Origin: Hemiscyllium ocellatum
Lineage: Eukaryota
Length of the DNA stretch: 64,000 nt
NCBI RefSeq assembly: GCF_020745735.1
Contig: NW_026867508.1
Location: forward strand, 186,001 to 250,000
Reading direction: 5' to 3'
Shown piece by piece: positions 11,218 through 23,990 of this stretch. A program made the position numbers and the translations under genes. Within the stretch, counting starts at the first letter, position 1. Every line of letters starts with the position of its first letter. Below the pieces are notes generated by a model. That model did not search any database, had not been told where the DNA came from, and saw only the letters and a list, made by a program, of their open reading frames with translations.

Positions 11218-14200
11218 TCGGTACAAGTTCAAAAGATTGGAGATGATCTCAAGAGCATGGGTTGATTGTAATTAAGTTTCGGTTTTAGAAGAGACAGTGA
11301 GAGATATAATGACTGGAGGGATAATACTGACTTAATAAAGTCACAGTTCCTTTCCAGATTCAATTATCTTATATTTTGGGTGATACATTGTCACCATTTG
11401 CTGGCGTATATTCGCTGCATCCTAGCACAGGTTGAAGCTGATATGCTACTCACGTTGTTTTGCACCTCCACGTTTTCCATGCTCTTGTTATTTTTCAACT
11501 CATGATAGTTTCCTTTGGCGACTTGACATAGATTTATTTTTTGCCCTGACATTTCAGATTATCTGTTTCGGAAAGTTAAAACTGCCCTAAATAAAACTTA
11601 TCTTTCACTGTAATAATCCTTGTTTAAAATATTTTAACAGTGGTTGGAAACGACCAAGTGCAATCAGTCAATCAAAACAGCACAATTTTGAACAGACAGG
11701 GACGTTCTCCAATCCACTTTGGTAAAGACAATAACCTGATTTTCGCTTCCTTGCTAGGATTGAAGGCCTTAAAGTCAGGTGCAATGCTAGTTTACATATT
11801 TTCTAAACAATATGTTCAGATGTCTGATTTAGCATCTTTGAAACAGGTGTGTTTCCTAGATCAAAGATCCAGATACTACCACCGCAACGTTAGAGCTGTT
11901 ATCATTTACTAATCAGCCTGCTTAGAGTGAGTACTCACATCAGAAATTCAACACGCGCCTCATGTCATAATCGCATTTGCTCAAAACCCAGAAGTTCAAC
12001 TTTGTTGTTCCTTTTTATTCGTGGAATGTTGGCATCTCTAGCTAGAGCAGTATTTATTGCTCATGTATAATTGTCCAGAGGGGAGTTAAGAATCAAGCAA
12101 ATTGCTGTGGATTTGCATGCAGATTAGACCTGGTAAGAATGGCAGTTCCCTTCTCTAAAGGACATTAGTGACTCAGATGTTTTTTTTCTGGCAATTCACA
12201 ATAGGTTCATAGTCATCATTGGGGTCCTACTTTCCGATTTTACTGGTTTCAAATTCCACCATGCTGGGATTCAAATCTGAGTCTGCAGCACACTGTCTTG
12301 TTCTCTGGATTAACAGCCCAGCGATAATCCCACTCCATCATCTGATTCCTAGGATGGGAATGGAATGTTAATTCAGGAGCAATGATTAAATAATATCAAT
12401 GCTTGATATCATGTTTGATAACATTACTGAGGTGAAATAGCCATATAAAGACAGCTCGAAAAATTAGGGTCTCCACATAAATTATCACATATAAACTCGT
12501 TTGTATGGTTATTGGTTAATATTTCATACTTTCTTCGTCTGTGTCCACAGGTGGCCTAACTGCAGGTCGAGTAACATGCGGTGGTATCTGTACTAACTGG
12601 TACAAAATCCAAAAATAATTATTAATAATGTGGTCACATTAGACGATAAAGAGGTTTGAGGACCATATATATGATTACTGCGACCACCTATAATAAGTAC
12701 AGTTATTTCAATGCAAGCAGTCTGAGAATGATTGTTATAGTGGGCTATCAGTGAATCATGAGGCACAGAATCAGGTAAATGCTAAAAGCTTGTAAAACAT
12801 CTGCGAGTATTTGCAGGTTTATTCCACTCGTGCCTTTATCTGCTTTTGTATGTTGATTCTGGCTTCACAGAAAACAAAAACTGGTAGATCTACTTATTAC
12901 AAGTTGCTTGTAACAAACAGCATCCCAAAAAACAGCTGAGAACATGAACATAGAATGCACAGCACAGTACAGGTCCTTCAACCCTTCACGTTGTGCCGAC
13001 CTTATATCCTACTCTAAGATCAAAATATGCTACATACCCTTCATTTTACTATCATCCATGTGCCTATTATTTGTTGCTTCTGTCCAAAAGACCTTTAGAA
13101 CATATTAAAAATTATTTCAAATTCACGATTTATATGGTAAATAGATTGGAAATGCATGCAGAGATAATGCAATCCACCAAATACTGTGTGCGTGGAACTG
13201 CAAATGAGGGACTGTTGTTCACAAACACTTAACTCCCATTAATTCAGTAATACTGAGTCTGCACTGTGCCAAAACAGAATTTATCAAAATCGATGGATAG
13301 ATTTATAATTTCAATACACAATCATGGTCGACTCCTTATCTAACGCTTTTATGAGAAACGCTTTGAAGAAAATCGTTTCTGCTTGAGACTTAAGCAACAT
13401 TGTATTTCGTCAAACAATTTGAACGTGCCTGGAAACAACACTTGGACCATTTGTATTTACTACGGTGAATTTTGAATACAATCCTTTTGGCCTCGTGCAC
13501 AGATCATTATCCCTGAAGTACGACAACCCAAAAAATATTTTGAAACTTTTCTGATAGTAAATAGCTACCCACGACAGAGACAGGCTGCACTCATTGCAAA
13601 CTGAGGCCTTAATTCCGTGCACAATTTGATAATATTCTTATATTCAGATAGTTCTGCAAGCTACAAATAGCCTGAACATCAGCTTAGAACACAGAACACA
13701 GAACACGGAACAGTATAGGTTCTTCGGTCCTCAACATTGTGCTGACCTTTTATCCTATTCTAAGGTCCAACTAAGTAACATACACTTAATATAATATCCA
13801 TTTTCCTAACCAAGAGTAGCTCAATGTTCCTCATGTATATGATTCCACTCCCACTGCTGACAGTGCTTTCTAAGCACCCACCACTCGCTGTGGAAAGAAT
13901 CTACCATAGACATATCCATAAGTGTCTACCCTACCCCCCCCCACCTCCCCCACCCCTCCACCCCCACACCGTCATAGCCATTTCCGCCCTGGAAAATGCA
14001 TCTGGCTATCTGCTCTGTCTATGCCTCACATCACACCTTGTTTTAAATTTGGATGCCATTATGAATCAATGATACATTGTCGTCAGTTCACAGGTGCAGA
14101 GGGACAATCTACTACCCTTGACTGTCACCTTCTATTCTGAAATGTATAGGCCCACCGTTCATCACTAATCATTGGTAGTGCTCATTGGTGCTACACTCAC

Positions 14201-15648
14201 TGTGGACATATTTTAAACAACATTAGACACGCATTCTTAAACTAGATAAGAAGTCAATGTAGGCTGCCAAAACCAAGGTCAGGGATGCTACCAATGTGTG
14301 ATAAGAATCCTTAGTCTGAGCGTTCTATTATCGGAATCAGAATACATTCAGCCTCTCTGATGGAAAAGTCAAGTGCAGCACCTCTGTGGATACAATCACT
14401 GACATTGCGAATCCGCTGTAATGACAATAGTCTCTGTCAAGTAGATCTATAGCAAGAAGGGAACATCATGTTGTACTCTCATGATCCTGAATTTATTTCC
14501 AATTTTACTGATCGTTGCAACACATATTCCCAATCAAACGTGCAATGAAGGCGTTTTATATCTTTCCCTGCACCTCGGTGCATTGTCAGCAACAATACAA
14601 CAGCGAATCTCAGACACTGACTGCTGCAAATTCTCAAACTAAATCCGTTTCAATGGTGAACAAGTGCCCGTTATGAAAGAACAATCTAAGCAATGCTGTG
14701 AAAAATAAATTTTGGCATTTTCCGCTTTGGATGAATGAGGACAGGCACAAAATAACTCCAAATTTCAAGTGCCCTGTCAATTTCAACTGCAGGAGAGCCC
14801 AATTTCGATTTCATTCTATTTCTCGCTGACCGTGGAATCCGTGTTGAATTGTAGAATAAAGAAGCAGTTAAATGATTGGCTGACATGCAAAACAATGCAT
14901 CTAAAATATTCATTGGAAGTTGCCTGGTGCTTCTCTTTCGAACAAACTATCAGCAGAGATACGGATAACAGGTACATTTTCCTATCTGATCATGAATAAC
15001 CATTTCAGGGAGAACCAATTTTTTTTCAAATTTGTCATCATGTCTGAGAAAACATTTCGATGCATGATTTTTACTACTACAAGCGCTAATCAGGTGTCAT
15101 CTAACTTTACATACCATCTTCCTTTCTCTCCATGAAATCTGCCGGGTGCGCTGTGTTTTCCAGCCTTTTTTTCTTTCCATACTTATCATTTAATCATCAC
15201 AATGGTCATGTTACCCGACAAGTTCCAAAATTAATCTATCTCTTTCATTTTGCATCATCGGAAAGTAGAAATTTCAATATATTGATTCGTAGTGAAGTAC
15301 ACTATATGTATGCCATGCGGCACAAAGTTGAAAATTTTTGCTTTCAAAATAAGACAGGATCCTCCAGGTCACTGGAAATAAGCGTCCAGCAAATATTTAT
15401 AGAAAGATGTCCCAGCACGAGCAGCTCACACAGATTTAAGTCATTTATATAACAGACACAGGATTCATTAACCTGCTGATAATCAGTAGATGTCCCTCTT
15501 CACTACCGCAAGGGTCCGTGAGAGTATACTGTCGTTAGATGTCAATGGTAGTTCATTGAAATAATTTGAATTAATCATAAAATGCACAACCTTATTCCAG
15601 CAGTGCATAATGTGACAAATGTTGAATTTTCTTTCCAAAATAAATGGT

Positions 15649-16786
15649 AATAGACAATAGAAAATAGGTGCAGGAGTAGGCCATTCTGCCCTTCCAGCCT
15701 GCACCACCATTCAATGAGATCATGGCTGATCATCTTTAATCAGTATCCTGTTCCTGCCTTATCTCCATAACCCTTGATTCCACAATCCTTGAGAGCTCTA
15801 TCCAACTCTTTCTTAAATGAATCCAGAGACTTTGCCTCCTCTGCCCTCTGTAGTAGAGCATTCCACACAGCCACCACTCTCTGAGTGAAGAAGCTTCTCC
15901 TCATCTCTGTCCTAAATGGTCTACGCCGTATTTTTAAGCTGTGTCCTCTCGTTCGGCACTCACACATTATCGGAAACATGTTTCCTGCCTCCAGAGTGTC
16001 CAATCCTTTAATAATCTTCTATGTCTCAATCTGATCCCCTCTCAGTCTTCTGAACTCAAGGGTATACAAGCCTAGTAGCTCCAGTCTTTCAATGTAAGGT
16101 AATCCGGCCATTCTAGGAATTAACCTCGTGAACCTACGCTGCATTCCCTCAATAGCCAAAATGTCTTTTCTCAAATTTGGAAACCAGAACTGCACACAAT
16201 ACTCCAGGTATGGTCCCACCAGGGCCCTGTACAGCTGCAGAAGAACCTTTTTGCTTCTATACTCAACCCCTCTTGTTATGAAAGCCAGCATGCTATTAGC
16301 CTTCTTCACTACCTGCTGTACCTGCATGCTTACCTTCATTGACTGGCGTACAAGAACACTCAGATCTCTCTGTATTGCCCCTTTAACTAAATTGTTTCCA
16401 TTTAAGTAGTAATCTGCCTTCCTGTTCTCGCCACCAAAGTGGATAACCATACATTTATCCACATTAAACTGCATCTGCCATGCATCTGACCACTCAGTTA
16501 ACTTGTCCAGGTCACCCTGTAATCTCCTAACATCCTCATGACATTTCACCCTGCCACCCAGCTTAGTATCATCAGTAAATTTGCTAATGTTATTACTAAT
16601 ACCATCTTCTATATCATTAACATCTGTTGTAAAAAGCTGCGGTCCCAGTACTGATCCCTACGGTACTCCACTGGTCACTGCCTGCCATTCCGAAATGGAG
16701 CCGTTTATCACTACTCTTTGTTTCCTATCAGTCTACCAACTTTCAATCCAAGTTAGTACTTTGCTCCCAATACCATGCGCCCTATT
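15649..16786 (-). mobile_element. 5'-truncated CR1-type LINE (RT C-terminal half)
   Basis: ORFs 16019-16549 and 15740-16003 (LYRALVGPYLEYCVQFW, TRGHSLKIRRRPFRTEMRRSFFTQRVV) with a CTATT-repeat tail. Absent at the empty site in unit 1 (about 8556). Confidence 0.95.
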
Positions 16787-17551
16787 CGTCATGAAATTTA
16801 GAAACTTCTATAGAAATAAAACATTTCAAATTGTAAGATACAGAATGTAATAAAAATCAAGTTGCCTCAACACAGCATATTCTACTCTAAGGAGTATCTT
16901 TATTATTGTCTCTTTATATCTTTATTATTGTGAGATGATTATTAGTGGATGTCCAACACAGCCTATTGTGGATTTCAAATGTGAATCTTCTATTCATTCA
17001 ACATTTGATATAATTGTTGAAGAAGCTGCATTTAACACCCTACCCGGAAATGATTTTAACATGTAAGTTTGTGAGCTGGCAGTCTCTGCGGCTTGTTCTG
17101 ATTATTTCTCTCAAATGCGTCGAAGGAAAAGTTCTGCATTTCATTTATATTTGCTACTCAGTCAGCAATTCCTGTTAATGATAAAACATTATTTCTGAAC
17201 TGACATGCCGACAGCAAGTTTTGCATTACCAGAGGTCCACAAGTAAAATGTAATTTCTCTCGTGATGTAGAATTTCACTGCCTGTACCGATGGGAAGTTA
17301 TGATATTGGAGGAGCTTAGTGGGAAACAAAATCAGAAACAGAGCTCCATGGATGGGTTTGTGCAGTTCATTCTCAGCAGGTCTGCATTTGAAGCGAACAT
17401 ATTGATGTATCTCTGAATAGTAGCTAACTTTAAGTAATCGTGCATTTTTTTTCTAACTTAAAGTCTCTCCTCTGACTCTTCCTCTGGAGCTGAATTGTTC
17501 CTTCAGTTTCAGGGTGTGAATGAGCCTTCTTTAACTGGCACTCTCAGCGTG

Positions 17552-17591
17552 AGTTTTTGTAGGGGTTGTGCCATTACTCTGTATCAGTGTG
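17552..17591 (-). other. V recombination signal sequence (24-bp spacer)
   Basis: CACACTG + 24 nt + ACAAAAACT immediately after the V exon. Confidence 0.9.
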
Positions 17592-18071
17592 AGCGTCATT
17601 GCACAGAAATACATGGCACAGTCAGAGATGATGGCCATGCTGATTGTCAACTCGGCATACTTCGTAGATTTCGTAAATTTGAAAGCGAATCGTTCAGGAA
17701 CATCTGGATTCTTCTTGAGAATGCTTTCTCCAGCTATATAAACCATGTACCTTGGAGGCTGCCCTGGGAGCTGACTGTACCAGTAAACATAAGGGTTGGG
17801 ATCGCTTGTCTTCAAACTGCAGGTTAGTGTGACATTGCCTTCCTCTTTAACTTCCAATTCAGAGTCTGGCTGTTCCACCGTATCTTGCTGACTCCATTCT
17901 AAGAAAAACAAAAAGCAATTTTCAAGATTATGTACATTACCGTCATTGTTTTCCGAATATTAACCCGGAGGTTGCAAACATCTGTGTCTGGAGAAATGGA
18001 ATATTACTGGGAAACAAACACTTACTGAGAATTGATACAATGATGAGGAGTGGAGTGAGAATATTCTTCAT
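17592..18071 (-). CDS. TCR alpha/delta V gene segment, apparently functional (leader exon 18026-18071, V exon 17592-17898)
   Basis: Spliced product MKNILTPLLIIVSILKWSQQDTVEQPDSELEVKEEGNVTLTCSLKTSDPNPYVYWYSQLPGQPPRYMVYIAGESILKKNPDVPERFAFKFTKSTKYAELTISMAIISDCAMYFCAMT. It has a GT/AG phase-1 intron and conserved Cys23, Trp41 and Cys104. Confidence 0.93.
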
Positions 18072-21000
18072 GGTGCACTCTGAGTATGTAATTCTGCAGT
18101 CCGGAAAACCCTTTGTCAGAGATCCTGATCAAAGCTGTTTCCCTCAATGAGTAACAATGACGGGCGACTGCGATCTCTGTAGTATCACAGAGAAGGGAAG
18201 GCGCGTCAGAGACAAGGCAGCAAACGGAAGCTGAGGGCGGATCTGCAGCAGACACAGCTTTGAGTGAACTCATTACGCCGTGTCAGAACAGAAGGTGGAC
18301 AATGCTGTACAACTGAATCCAGAAGTGTTGAACGTTGAAAAGTCTGGTACAACCCTGCCCAAGCAAAGAATCACCAACAATCAAATATGGAGGGGGGACA
18401 TAAATGATCAAGGATTTCATAATTGCAAATACAGTTAGAAGCTATTCCGTCAATTATAACTGTAGCTGCTCTTTGAAACATTCCTGTATATAGTTTCACA
18501 GCCACAGCTATTGTTCTGCAGCTGTGCAAAGTCTATTACTTTCTACATGTCTTTGCAATAACATTCTGAAAGTTAGCATTGAATCAACATCCACTTACAT
18601 GTTAAATTCTAGATTATAATAAGATTCAATGTGTAAAAGAAAGTGTGTTTCTCTTGTCAATGCTACTAATCGTGTTCCACAGATTACTGAACTCCAAACA
18701 AGTGAAAGTAATTTGGGATGATGGATTCTATCAACCCAATGTATTAGGGCTCAGCAGTTCAGCAAAATTTTCATTAACATTAAGTTGACAGGAGGACAAT
18801 AATATGTTCTTCTCTAGAATTTGCATGATTCAGGTGTCTGATTATCTTTCATTTCCCCAAGTCAGTCAACCAAATTCCTGATCTCTGAACTGCAATCCAA
18901 ATCCAGCTCCACATCTGTTTGGTCCACTCCCAATCTTTCCCTCCTTCTGTCTGCTCTGTTCTTCAGCGGTAGTCAGGCTCCTGTCTATATATTGCGAATC
19001 AAATCACTGAGACTGATTCGGGGTTTTGGGCTTCCAAAGGATCTTTGTCATTAAGGAAAGATACAAGATTGCTTTCTCTCTGTCGTTGCCCAGCTTCAGT
19101 TCTTATTGAGGAAACAATAATATGTTTTTTTGTGCAAACTGTTAAAATGAACGTGAATTCCTGGCATTTAAACAGCAAATTTAGAGACAAAGCAGTTCTG
19201 CCAGAATCAATAATGCTTTCACAGCACAGGTAAAAACACCACACTGGGCCGGAAGAAAGCATGCAGTCCGAATCAAAGTAACCAGCTGTAACCGTCTAAG
19301 ATGATACATATTGGATTCATAGGTGTTTTGTTATTTTTCTTCTTTAGGATTTTACAATGAACCTTCAGGCGAAAGTATGCATTTGCTACAATGGGGATTG
19401 GGACCATTTCGGGACCCACAAAGGAAAACTTGCCGAGGGTGAAAGAAGTCTGAGTAGTGACAGGCACTCAGAATGGAAGGAGGCTTCCTATCTGGCTAAG
19501 ATGCTATTCACTTTGGAGGACACAAATTTCTAGATCCTTGAGAATGATTGGAAAGGAAAAACTAAGGTTAATTTTATATTCTGAGCGAGTCTGCAGGTGC
19601 ATTATTAAAGTCAGTGATACAGAATGACAAAGGCAATAAAATTTGGTGTGCTGAGAACAACTTCACTGGGTCCTAAACATATTGCTTTAACCACTCAATC
19701 ACCACAATGACTTGGTAATATGCACAGATGATTTCATTTAGGCTATGATGAAAATCATTTCACAATCGTTTCATTTGTGATGATATTTCTCCTTTAATAA
19801 GGTTATGTTGTCCTTTTTTGCCAGGAGTTCATGAAAATGTAAGTTCTGAAATGTTTGTGTTTGGATGCGTTTTAGGGCCAATTTGATTATAGTTAACAGA
19901 TACTGCCTCAGGCAAACACCTTTTAAGTTTAAAAAAAACACTCGTACAATGAAAGGGGAGTAGCCAGTTCTCCCAGCTCAGCTCTTCTTTCGTTTGTTTG
20001 CTTTTTGACTGTCTGACTATTTATTGAAAGAAGTCAGCAATCGTGAAGCTGGTGGATGCAAAAGTTTTGTCAATGTCGAAAGCTTTCTCTAATACCTCTC
20101 ATGTAAGACATTGGGTTTGAGTTTACCTTTTGCATCAAGCGGTGTGTATGGGGACTTTACAATTATTGAGAACAGCAGCATTAAATTGAGATAGCCTGCT
20201 GGTTTTTTTTGGGTAGTTTATGTTATTCTGCTTTCTGCTCTCTTTGGTTCGTTTTTCATTGGGTAATCTCGCAAATAAATTCAGTTTTATTCAAAGGAAA
20301 GTGATTTAACCAGCTCTACACCCGCCCCCCCACCCCCACGAGAATATACACATTACACCTGCTACTGAGAAGTAGCAAAGTTAGAATCTGCGCTACTTCC
20401 TTGAAATGTTTAGATGAGATCTGGTCTGTTCCAAAACACTGTGAACTTTCATAACTCCTTAAACTTTTGGGATATCTCTAGGAACAGCAAATCTTTTAAG
20501 CTTCGCATGCATTTCAATCATCCAGCTACATTCTAATCATTTTAACTTCTGCTATTGGAGGTTTTGTCGCTTTTCTGTATATGTGTCTATCTCTGATGAA
20601 GAAATTAGGTTCCTGATTTGGTAAATAATACCGATTACACTTCAGAAATGCTCCGTTACGTAGAACATAATTTGAGGTATCATCAACTATTAAAACATTC
20701 AATATCAACGAGTATTTTCTATGAAGTCGTGGTCACTGCCTTTTTGAGGAAGGGAATTCGAAACACTCATGAACCTCTGAAGAAAAATATGCCCCTTCTC
20801 TCTGTCTTAAATGGATAGCTCTTTTATAAATTGACACGCTCAGTCAATGACCTCTAGCTGCAGTACGCCTCAAAGTATCTCTTCAATATATTCGCTAGAG
20901 GAAACTTCGAATAAAGGTGACACTTTCCCAAATATCTGCTGTTTTTGCAGCAGCTTCAATTTACCAGCAGATGTTGGCATTCTATTATTTTAATCTGAAG

Positions 21001-21155
21001 GCAGCAACATGGTGTAATGCTTTGACGTTGTTATTTCTTCCACCTCAAGCCAAATGCATCTCCCATTGCGTGCAGAGATAAAAGCAAACATAATCAAAGA
21101 CACGCACGCACCCGCAGACAGACAAAACAAAAACACAGACGCACGCAGGTCTGGA

Positions 21156-21425
21156 GGTGGCACGGTGGCTCAATGGTTATTACTGCTGCCTCACAGCCCT
21201 TGGGTCACAGGTTCGGTTCCAGCTTCAGATGACTGTCTGCACGGAGTTTGAACATTCTCCCTGTGTCTACGTGGGTTTCCTCCCACCGTACAAAGATGTG
21301 CACATCAGGTAGATTGCCCATAATGTTAAGTGCATTAGTCAGAGGGAAATTAGTCCGGGTGGGTTACTCTTCGGAGGGTCGGTGTTGGGCTGAAGGACCT
21401 GTATCCACACTGTAGGGACTGTAAT
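21156..21425 (+). mobile_element. HE1-like V-SINE
   Basis: tRNA-like head (ggtggcacggtggctcaatgg...ggttcggttcc), V-SINE core (ggagtttgaacattctccctgtgtctacgtgggtttcc) and CR1-like 3' end. Confidence 0.85.
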
Positions 21426-22329
21426 CATATGCATATACAGAAGGAAAAACATTAATAGACAAACAAAATGCACAAATTACCGTGTTATGGGCCAGAGCAA
21501 ACCCCATCAAGGTATGTTTAGAAATTAACATGTCTTCTAAGTGTTCTACATTTCAAGATTAATGGAATGCATTACGTTCCAGATGCAATTAGTTTGATGT
21601 AACTACTCGATTTTAGACAAGGTGCATTTCATTGTTATGCTGCTCCTTCATCCGGTAACTCGTGGACTGGATCATGGGGTACAGAATTTACAATAGAAGA
21701 TCAAATTGTCATACAAGTGATATGACTAGTTATCTGACGAAGAGGCAGTGCTCCCAAAGCTTGTACTTTCAAATAAACCTGTTAGGTTATAAGTTGGTAT
21801 TGTATGATTTTAATTCTGACCGCCACAGTACATCATTGGCACCTTGACATGGTGCATGTCTGTGGTAAATATTGAACATGATATCTGGAATCAGAGTGAT
21901 GTTACAGACAGACAGCAGTTGTTAAAGTAAAACATTTGGTACTGAAAGACAAACAGATAGACATGACCAGAAAATGGCTCTAAGTGAAACTTGAAGAGGG
22001 CGTTTTACTAGATGTTGACACTTAATAGTTTTCTCCTGGCTCTAAACGTAGCTCTGTGACAAGTGCTTAACTCCACATTTCATGTAATTTGAAAACGTTT
22101 CAAATTTACAGTGTCCTTTTGTTTCTTCCTACAGATATTAAAAGTCAAAATAAGCATACATCAATGAAATATGAGGAAACTGGCCTTTCCTTTAACGTTA
22201 ATCACATTTTATTAAGAGTTACACAATCCAATTGTCATGAAAACGATGCACATAAACCTACTATTCAATACCAACTATTGTTAATTTTGTTACTTTTTTT
22301 CCATTTTCTCATTGTGCAGCATTTCTGAG

Positions 22330-23990
22330 ATTCCAGTCGCTGTGAATCAGTTAAATCGATATTCTTCGTGGATTTAGTAAATGTGAAAGAGAATCGTTCA
22401 AGAAAATCAGGATTCCTCTTTACAACTGGAAGTAGCACCAACACATTATCCCCAATTGCAAAATTACAAATTTACTATTTCTTATTCGCTTCTTGTTTCA
22501 ATGTATGCTGTGATATTTTTAAATGCTGTCTAGCCAACGCCCCAGCTCTATTTAATCGTTCTCTAATATTTGTCACATAGGGCAAATGGGTGGTCTCTAT
22601 ATTCTGACTTATTAATTTCTCCTTAATCAATTTTAACCTCTTACTACATACCAGAAATTTATTTCAAATGGACCGAATTGGAACGATTCACCTGGGCAGC
22701 TCTTACCACAAAAAGTACAAATAGAACTCCCTTATCCTAATCATCTGGATAATCCTGACCATAAGCCTGCAACATGGTTTATAGTGTTGAATGCCTTCCC
22801 TCTAGCGCTCCCTGCCATTCTGGATGGTACAGAGTAGATTGGAATACCTTCATTCCCAAGTTATCCATAACCTCCTTGAATAGTCCGGATGTGAAGTTTG
22901 ATCCTTGATCTCACTGAATGCCTATTGGCAGTCTGTATCTAGTTCAAAAAATTAAGTAGTTCTTCTACACCCCTATTTTCAGTGATGTTGCATAGTGGTA
23001 TTACCTCTGGAAATCTAGTTGATACATTCAGTATTGTTAATAACTACTTATTTCCACTTTTTGTTTGAGGTAGCTGACCTACACAATCACTCAAGTTTGT
23101 TGTGAAACGTTCATCAAATGTTGGAATAGGTATTGAAGGTATAGGTTTTATTACTGCCTGTGGTTTTCAGATTAGTTGACATGTATGACACATCTGGATT
23201 AGTGGTGCTGGAAGAATGGTGCTTTATTCCTGATGCAGGGCTTTTGCCCGAAATGTCGATTTTACTGCTCCTCGAATGCTGCCTGAACTGCTGTGCTCTT
23301 CCATCACTACTAATCCAGAATCTGGTTTCCAGCATCTGCAGTCATTGTTTTTACCATGTATGACACATCTGGCAAAATTCAACTGCAGCTTTGTGTAGTC
23401 GTGGTCAGTCGAAATGTCATTGTATTTTAGCCTGTGATTTCTTCGCCACTAAATGACCTCCAAGTGGTAGCTCATGTGACACTTGCAGCACCTCCTTTTT
23501 TTTTACCCTACTGGCAAAACAAATTGGTGCACCTATGCCCATTTCTCATCTGCTTGGCTGTGTGGTGGTCTCCATTTCTTCGTTAAGGCATCATCTGTAA
23601 AATAATAGCACACAGGGATGCATTCACTTTCCTTCTCTGTAAATGACATTTGATACAACTGTTTTAAGTTCTCATCTTTCTGCTGTAATTCAATTAGCTT
23701 AACAGAGCTAAAGTTACTTGCATGTTTAGTTGTTTGCTGCTTCTCTGCCATTTTTCTGATTAGAAATGGTCTCGGATAACACTATGTCTGTTTCCATATT
23801 TGTGCCTTTTGATCCAACCTGCATCAGCTTGTGCCTCTGTGATCTTGTGATCACACAATCAGGGAATATTCCTGGGTAAACATTCTCCATGTCTTCAGTT
23901 GCTTGCATCTCCATTGGCGTTTCAACCAGTGTAGGGATCACAAAAGCCTGCTGATTAAAACAATAATGTTGATAGATGCCACCACTCGTG
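22330..23990 (-). mobile_element. Gmr1-type Gypsy integrase region, degenerate, interrupted by a pLTR-derived insert at about 23195-23345
   Basis: Minus frames give VYPGIFPDCVITRSQ and KKWRPPHSQADEKW followed by integrase core remnants similar to 42150-43250. Confidence 0.8.

Larger units (their letters stand above)
12395..18815. repeat. Segmental duplication unit 2 (paralogous to 5520-10590)
   Basis: Same collinear blocks as unit 1, expanded by a CR1 insertion at 15649-16786. Confidence 0.85.

Noticed and set aside
10878-11265. ORFs spanning the N run
   Set aside because: Artefacts of translating through the gap.
11640-11925. ORF after a good acceptor starting VGNDQVQSVNQ
   Set aside because: It resembles a V start only superficially, with no Cys23, WY or YYC motif and no RSS.
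19200-19262. Leader-like MLSSGPVWCFYLCCESIIDSG on the minus strand
   Set aside because: No GT donor and no downstream V exon.
21156-21230. tRNA-like sequence (also at 27819 and 51356)
   Set aside because: These are SINE heads continuing into the V-SINE core, not tRNA genes.
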